A model generated the notes under the pieces. That model had not been told where the DNA came from. It saw only the letters and a program-made list of their open reading frames with translations, and made no database searches. The position numbers and the translations under genes are program-made. A stretch of DNA of 64,000 nucleotides, taken from contig OZ059894.1 in assembly GCA_964057225.1 (NCBI GenBank), positions 23,436,001-23,500,000 of the forward strand, read 5' to 3'. The stretch is from Auanema rhodensis (taxonomy: Eukaryota; Animalia; Nematoda). Within the stretch, counting starts at the first letter, position 1; every line of letters begins with the position of its first letter. Positions 56,401 to 64,000 of the stretch are shown here, in pieces.

Positions 56401-59400
56401 TAAATTCCCCATGTCCATATTAGTCTAAAAACAAATTTTTATTGATATTGGTTCATGGTAACCATGACTTTGAAATTTACGTGAACTTTAATTTATGCTA
56501 ATTAAATGTACACGTGATGTGCACTTGGTATGTAACTCGCTTCACGTGAAAGATAAAGAGATGCGGTTTTCAAAATTAGATTCCCCATGTCCATAGTAGT
56601 CTAAAAACAAATTTTTATTGTTATTGGTTCATGGTAACCATGACTTTGAAATTTACGTGAACTTTAATTTATGCTAATTAAATGTACACGTGATGTGCAC
56701 TTGGTATGTAACTCGCTTCACGTGAAAGATAAAGAGATGCGGTTTTCAAAATTAGATTCCCCATGTCCATATTAGTCTAAAAACAAATTTTTATTGATAT
56801 TGGTGCATGGTAACCATGACTTTGAAATTTACGTGAACTTTAATTTATGCTAATTAAATGTACACGTGATGTGCACTTGGTATGTAACTCGCTTCACGTG
56901 AAAGATAAAGAGATGCGGTTTTCAAAATTAGATTCCCCATGTCCATATTAGTCTAAAAACAAATTTTTATTGATATTAGTTCATGGTAACCATGACTTTG
57001 AAATTTACGTGAACTTTAATTTATGCTAATTAAATGTACACGTGATGTGCACTTGGTATGTAACTCGCTTCACGTGAAAGATAAAGAGATGCGGTTTTCA
57101 AAATTAGATTCCCCATGTCCATATTAGTCTAAAAACAAATTTTTATTGATATTGGTGCATGGTAACCATGACTTTGAAATTTACGTGAACTTTAATTTAT
57201 GCTAATTAAATGTACACGTGATGTGCACTTGGTATGTAACTCGCTTCACGTGAAAGATAAAGAGATGCGGTTTTCAAAATTAGATTCCCCATGTCCATAT
57301 TAGTCTAAAAACAAATTTTTATTGATATTAGTTCATGGTAACCATGTCTTTGAAATTTACGTGAACTTTAATTTATGCTAATTAAATGTACACGTGATGT
57401 GCACTTGGTATGTAACTTGCTTCACGTGAAAGATAAAGAGATGCGGTTTTCAAAATTAGATTCCCCATGTCCATATTAGTCTAAAAAAAATTTTTTATTG
57501 ATATTGGTTCATGGTAACCATGACTTTGAAATTTACGTGAACTTTAATTTATGCTAATTAAATGTACACGTGATGTGCACTTGGTATGTAACTCGCTTCA
57601 CGTGAAAGATAAAGAGATGCGGTTTTCAAAATTAGAATCCCCATGTCCATATTAGTCTAAAAACAAATTTTTATTGATATTGGTTCATGGTAACCATGTC
57701 TTTGAAATTTACGTGAACTTTAATTTATGCTAATTAAATGTACACGTGATGTGCACTTGGTATGTAACTCGCTTCACGTGAAAGATAAAGAGATGCGGTT
57801 TTCAAAATTAAATTCCCCATGTCCATATTAGTCTAAAAACAAATTTTTATTGATATTGGTTCATGGTAACCATGACTTTGAAATTTACGTGAACTTTAAT
57901 TTATGCTAATTAAATGTACACGTGATGTGCACTTGGTATGTAACTCGCTTCACGTGAAAGATAAAGAGATGCGGTTTTCAAAATTAGATTCCCCATGTCC
58001 ATAGTAGTCTAAAAACAAATTTTTATTGTTATTGGTTCATGGTAACCATGACTTTGAAATTTACGTGAACTTTAATTTATGCTAATTAAATGTACACGTG
58101 ATGTGCACTTGGTATGTAACTCGCTTCACGTGAAAGATAAAGAGATGCGGTTTTCAAAATTAGATTCCCCATGTCCATATTAGTCTAAAAACAAATTTTT
58201 ATTGATATTGGTGCATGGTAACCATGACTTTGAAATTTACGTGAACTTTAATTTATGCTAATTAAATGTACACGTGATGTGCACTTGGTATGTAACTCGC
58301 TTCACGTGAAAGATAAAGAGATGCGGTTTTCAAAATTAGATTCCCCATGTCCATATTAGTCTAAAAACAAATTTTTATTGATATTAGTTCATGGTAACCA
58401 TGACTTTGAAATTTACGTGAACTTTAATTTATGCTAATTAAATGTACACGTGATGTGCACTTGGTATGTAACTCGCTTCACGTGAAAGATAAAGAGATGC
58501 GGTTTTCAAAATTAGATTCCCCATGTCCATATTAGTCTAAAAACAAATTTTTATTGATATTGGTGCATGGTAACCATGACTTTGAAATTTACGTGAACTT
58601 TAATTTATGCTAATTAAATGTACACGTGATGTGCACTTGGTATGTAACTCGCTTCACGTGAAAGATAAAGAGATGCGGTTTTCAAAATTAGATTCCCCAT
58701 GTCCATATTAGTCTAAAAACAAATTTTTATTGATATTAGTTCATGGTAACCATGTCTTTGAAATTTACGTGAACTTTAATTTATGCTAATTAAATGTACA
58801 CGTGATGTGCACTTGGTATGTAACTTGCTTCACGTGAAAGATAAAGAGATGCGGTTTTCAAAATTAGATTCCCCATGTCCATATTAGTCTAAAAAAAATT
58901 TTTTATTGATATTGGTTCATGGTAACCATGACTTTGAAATTTACGTGAACTTTAATTTATGCTAATTAAATGTACACGTGATGTGCACTTGGTATGTAAC
59001 TCGCTTCACGTGAAAGATAAAGAGATGCGGTTTTCAAAATTAGAATCCCCATGTCCATATTAGTCTAAAAACAAATTTTTATTGATATTGGTGCATGGTA
59101 ACCATGACTTTGAAATTTACGTGAACTTTAATTTATGCTAATTAAATGTACACGTGATGTGCACTTGGTATGTAACTCGCTTCACGTGAAAGATAAAGAG
59201 ATGCGGTTTTCAAAATTAGATTCCCCATGTCCATATTAGTCTAAAAACAAATTTTTATTGATATTGGTGCATGGTAACCATGACTTTGAAATTTACGTGA
59301 ACTTTAATTTATGCTAATTAAATGTACACGTGATGTGCACTTGGTATGTAACTCGCTTCACGTGAAAGATAAAGAGATGCGGTTTTCAAAATTAGATTCC

Positions 59401-62400
59401 CCATGTCCATATTAGTCTAAAAACAAATTTTTATTGATATTGGTGCATGGTAACCATGACTTTGAAATTTACGTGAACTTTAATTTATGCTAATTAAATG
59501 TACACGTGATGTGCACTTGGTATGTGACTCGCTTCACGTGAAAGATAAAGAGATGCGGTTTTCAGAATTAGATTTCCCATGTCCATATTAGTCTAAAAAC
59601 AAATTTTTATTGATATTGGTGCATGGTAACCATGACTTTGAAATTTACGTGAACTTTAATTTATGCTAATTAAATGTACACGTGATGTGCACTTGGTATG
59701 TAACTCGCTTCACGTGAAAGATAAAGAGATGCGGTTTTCAAAATTAGAATCCCCATGTCCATATTAGTCTAAAAACAAATTTTTATTGATATTGGTGCAT
59801 GGTAACCATGATTTTGAAATTTACGTGAACTTTAATTTATGCTAATTAAATGTACACGTGATGTGCACTTGGTATGTAACTCGCTTCACGTGAAAGATAA
59901 AGAGATGCGGTTTTCAAAATTAGATTTCTCATGTCCATATTAGTCTAAAAACAAATTTTTATTGATATTGATGCATGGTAACCATGACTTTGAAATTTAC
60001 GTGAACTTTAATTTATGCTAATTAAATGTACACGTGATGTGCACTTGGTATGTAACTCGCTTCACGTGAAAGATAAAGAGATGCGGTTTTCAAAATTAGA
60101 ATCCCCATGTCCATATTAGTCTAAAAACAAATTTTTATTGATATTGGTTCATGGTAACCATGTCTTTGAAATTTACGTGAACTTTAATTTATGCTAATTA
60201 AATGTACACGTGATGTGCACTTGGTATGTAACTCGCTTCACGTGAAAGATAAAGAGATGCGGTTTTCAAAATTAGATTCCCCATGTCCATATTAGTCTAA
60301 AAACAAATTTTTATTGATATTGGTTCATGGTAACCATGTCTTTGAAATTTACGTGAACTTTAATTTATGCTAATTAAATGTACACGTGATGTGCACTTGG
60401 TATGTAACTCGCTTCACGTGAAAGATAAAGAGATGCGGTTTTCAAAATTAAATTCCCCATGTCCATATTAGTCTAAAAACAAATTTTTATTGATATTGGT
60501 TCATGGTAACCATGACTTTGAAATTTACGTGAACTTTAATTTATGCTAATTAAATGTACACGTGATGTGCACTTGGTATGTAACTCGCTTCACGTGAAAG
60601 ATAAAGAGATGCGGTTTTCAAAATTAGATTCCCCATGTCCATAGTAGTCTAAAAACAAATTTTTATTGTTATTGGTTCATGGTAACCATGACTTTGAAAT
60701 TTACGTGAACTTTAATTTATGCTAATTAAATGTACACGTGATGTGCACTTGGTATGTAACTCGCTTCACGTGAAAGATAAAGAGATGCGGTTTTCAAAAT
60801 TAGATTCCCCATGTCCATATTAGTCTAAAAACAAATTTTTATTGATATTGGTGCATGGTAACCATGACTTTGAAATTTACGTGAACTTTAATTTATGCTA
60901 ATTAAATGTACACGTGATGTGCACTTGGTATGTAACTCGCTTCACGTGAAAGATAAAGAGATGCGGTTTTCAAAATTAGATTCCCCATGTCCATATTAGT
61001 CTAAAAACAAATTTTTATTGATATTAGTTCATGGTAACCATGACTTTGAAATTTACGTGAACTTTAATTTATGCTAATTAAATGTACACGTGATGTGCAC
61101 TTGGTATGTAACTCGCTTCACGTGAAAGATAAAGAGATGCGGTTTTCAAAATTAGATTCCCCATGTCCATATTAGTCTAAAAACAAATTTTTATTGATAT
61201 TGGTGCATGGTAACCATGACTTTGAAATTTACGTGAACTTTAATTTATGCTAATTAAATGTACACGTGATGTGCACTTGGTATGTAACTCGCTTCACGTG
61301 AAAGATAAAGAGATGCGGTTTTCAAAATTAGATTCCCCATGTCCATATTAGTCTAAAAACAAATTTTTATTGATATTAGTTCATGGTAACCATGTCTTTG
61401 AAATTTACGTGAACTTTAATTTATGCTAATTAAATGTACACGTGATGTGCACTTGGTATGTAACTTGCTTCACGTGAAAGATAAAGAGATGCGGTTTTCA
61501 AAATTAGATTCCCCATGTCCATATTAGTCTAAAAAAAATTTTTTATTGATATTGGTTCATGGTAACCATGACTTTGAAATTTACGTGAACTTTAATTTAT
61601 GCTAATTAAATGTACACGTGATGTGCACTTGGTATGTAACTCGCTTCACGTGAAAGATAAAGAGATGCGGTTTTCAAAATTAGAATCCCCATGTCCATAT
61701 TAGTCTAAAAACAAATTTTTATTGATATTGGTGCATGGTAACCATGACTTTGAAATTTACGTGAACTTTAATTTATGCTAATTAAATGTACACGTGATGT
61801 GCACTTGGTATGTAACTCGCTTCACGTGAAAGATAAAGAGATGCGGTTTTCAAAATTAGATTCCCCATGTCCATATTAGTCTAAAAACAAATTTTTATTG
61901 ATATTGGTGCATGGTAACCATGACTTTGAAATTTACGTGAACTTTAATTTATGCTAATTAAATGTACACGTGATGTGCACTTGGTATGTAACTCGCTTCA
62001 CGTGAAAGATAAAGAGATGCGGTTTTCAAAATTAGATTCCCCATGTCCATATTAGTCTAAAAACAAATTTTTATTGATATTGGTGCATGGTAACCATGAC
62101 TTTGAAATTTACGTGAACTTTAATTTATGCTAATTAAATGTACACGTGATGTGCACTTGGTATGTGACTCGCTTCACGTGAAAGATAAAGAGATGCGGTT
62201 TTCAGAATTAGATTTCCCATGTCCATATTAGTCTAAAAACAAATTTTTATTGATATTGGTGCATGGTAACCATGACTTTGAAATTTACGTGAACTTTAAT
62301 TTATGCTAATTAAATGTACACGTGATGTGCACTTGGTATGTAACTCGCTTCACGTGAAAGATAAAGAGATGCGGTTTTCAAAATTAGAATCCCCATGTCC

Positions 62401-62700
62401 ATATTAGTCTAAAAACAAATTTTTATTGATATTGGTGCATGGTAACCATGATTTTGAAATTTACGTGAACTTTAATTTATGCTAATTAAATGTACACGTG
62501 ATGTGCACTTGGTATGTAACTCGCTTCACGTGAAAGATAAAGAGATGCGGTTTTCAAAATTAGATTTCTCATGTCCATATTAGTCTAAAAACAAATTTTT
62601 ATTGATATTGATGCATGGTAACCATGACTTTGAAATTTACGTGAACTTTAATTTATGCTAATTAAATGTACACGTGATGTGCACTTGGTATGTAACTCGC
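53500..62700 (+). repeat. HOR domain E: 15-monomer (2640-bp) HOR with one copy truncated to 8 monomers (boundaries approximate)
   Basis: CATAGTAG at 53956/56596/58004/60644 (spacings 2640, 1408, 2640). TTCAGAATTAGATTTCC at 55517/59565/62205 (spacings 4048 = 23 monomers, 2640). Confidence 0.9.
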
Positions 62701-64000
62701 TTCACGTGAAAGATAAAGAGATGCGGTTTTCAAAATTAGATTCCCCATGTCCATATTAGTCTAAAAACAAATTTTTATTGATATTGGTGCATGGTAACCA
62801 CGACTTTGAAATTTACGTGAACTTTAATTTATGCTAATTAAATGTACACGTGATGTGCACTTGGTATGTAACTCGCTTCACGTGAAAGATAAAGAGATGC
62901 GGTTTTCAAAATTAGATTCCCCATGTCCATATTAGTCTAAAAACAAATTTTTATTGATATTGGTGCATGGTAACCATGACTTTGAAATTTACGTGAACTT
63001 TAATTTATGCTAATTAAATGTACACGTGATGTGCACTTGGTATGTAACTCGCTTCACGTGAAAGATAAAGAGATGCGGTTTTCAAAATTAGATTCCCCAT
63101 GTCCATATCAGTCTAAAAACAAATTTTTATTGATATTGGTGCATGGTAACCATGATTTTGAAATTTACGTGAACTTTAATTTATGCTAATTAAATGTACA
63201 CGTGATGTGCACTTGGTATGTAACTCGCTTCACGTGAAAGATAAAGAGATGCGGTTTTCAAAATTAGAATCCCCATGTCCATATTAGTCTAAAAACAAAT
63301 TTTTATTGATATTGGTGCATGGTAACCATGATTTTGAAATTTACGTGAACTTTAATTTATGCTAATTAAATGTACACGTGATGTGCACTTGGTATGTAAC
63401 TCGCTTCACGTGAAAGATAAAGAGATGCGGTTTTCAAAATTAGATTCCCCATGTCCATATTAGTCTAAAAACAAATTTTTATTGATATTGGTGCATGGTA
63501 ACCACGACTTTGAAATTTACGTGAACTTTAATTTATGCTAATTAAATGTACACGTGATGTGCACTTGGTATGTAACTCGCTTCACGTGAAAGATAAAGAG
63601 ATGCGGTTTTCAAAATTAGATTCCCCATGTCCATATTAGTCTAAAAACAAATTTTTATTGATATTGGTGCATGGTAACCACGACTTTGAAATTTACGTGA
63701 ACTTCAATTTATGCTAATTAAATGTACACGTGATGTGCACTTGGTATGTAACTCGCTTCACGTGAAAGATAAAGAGATGCGGTTTTCAAAATTAGATTCC
63801 CCATGTCCATATTAGTCTAAAAACAAATTTTTATTGATATTGGTGCATGGTAACCACGACTTTGAAATTTACGTGAACTTTAATTTATGCTAATTAAATG
63901 TACACGTGATGTGCACTTGGTATGTAACTCGCTTCACGTGAAAGATAAAGAGATGCGGTTTTCAAAATTAGATTCCCCATGTCCATATTAGTCTAAAAAC
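62700..64000 (+). repeat. Start of a new variant domain F (T165G in every complete copy; T1C common)
   Basis: GTGCATGGTAACCACGAC with T1C at 62801, 63505, 63681 and 63857. I did not see this variant upstream. Confidence 0.75.

Larger units (their letters stand above)
1..64000 (+). repeat. 176-bp tandem satellite DNA array, putative centromeric/pericentromeric (363 full monomers + 144 bp; truncated by both window edges)
   Basis: Consensus TGACTTTGAAATTTACGTGAACTTTAATTTATGCTAATTAAATGTACACGTGATGTGCACTTGGTATGTAACTCGCTTCACGTGAAAGATAAAGAGATGCGGTTTTCAAAATTAGATTCCCCATGTCCATATTAGTCTAAAAACAAATTTTTATTGATATTGGTTCATGGTAACCA recurs at 1, 177, 353, and so on. Phase check: 64000 + 16x2 deleted bp = 363x176 + 144, and the window ends at monomer position 144 (AAAAAC). 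GC is 56/176. The repeat call is direct; the centromeric label is inference from monomer size, AT-richness, homogeneity and HORs. Confidence 0.99.

Noticed and set aside
14287-63189. Six near-identical 60-aa ORFs (MLIKCTRDVH…)
   Set aside because: Each is just a monomer in which the TAG at positions 133-135 has mutated (TAT, AAG or CAG). About 98% of monomers keep the stop, another variant (T132G) adds one, 176 is not a multiple of 3, and there is no recognisable domain. These are not genes.
1-64000. CRISPR array or other repeat-spacer system
   Set aside because: There are no unique spacers: the whole 176-bp unit repeats. There are no cas genes or leader.
1-64000. SNP pattern as an encoded or programmed diversification system
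   Set aside because: The variant order is adequately explained by nested tandem duplications in exact multiples of the monomer. There is no template, recombinase or reverse transcriptase in the window.
1-64000. Hidden insertion, inversion or transposon within the array
   Set aside because: Monomer phase is fully accounted for by 16 two-base deletions, and I saw no reverse-orientation or foreign sequence.

Overview
The whole 64,000-bp window is one uninterrupted, head-to-tail, single-orientation tandem array of an AT-rich (about 32% GC) 176-bp satellite monomer. It holds 363 complete monomers plus 144 bp and runs off both ends. There are no genes, RNA genes, transposons, inversions or unique spacers. 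The six 60-aa ORFs are artefacts of point mutations in the monomer's single in-frame TAG. Monomers usually differ from consensus by 0-4 substitutions. The only length variant is a 174-bp monomer (2-bp deletion plus 5 linked substitutions), present 16 times between 24.2 and 52.3 kb. Diagnostic SNPs resolve a succession of local higher-order repeat (HOR) domains with periods of 17, 13/21, 13/11/16, 8 (irregular), 21 and 15/8 monomers. The monomer carries three ACGTGA cores spaced 32-33 bp apart (two are CACGTG E-boxes, one matching the CDEI consensus) and several short dyad symmetries. The picture is typical of a young, actively homogenised eukaryotic centromeric or pericentromeric satellite. 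The organism and any centromere function cannot be established from sequence alone. Monomer positions below are numbered from window base 1 (T1 of TGACTTTGAA).
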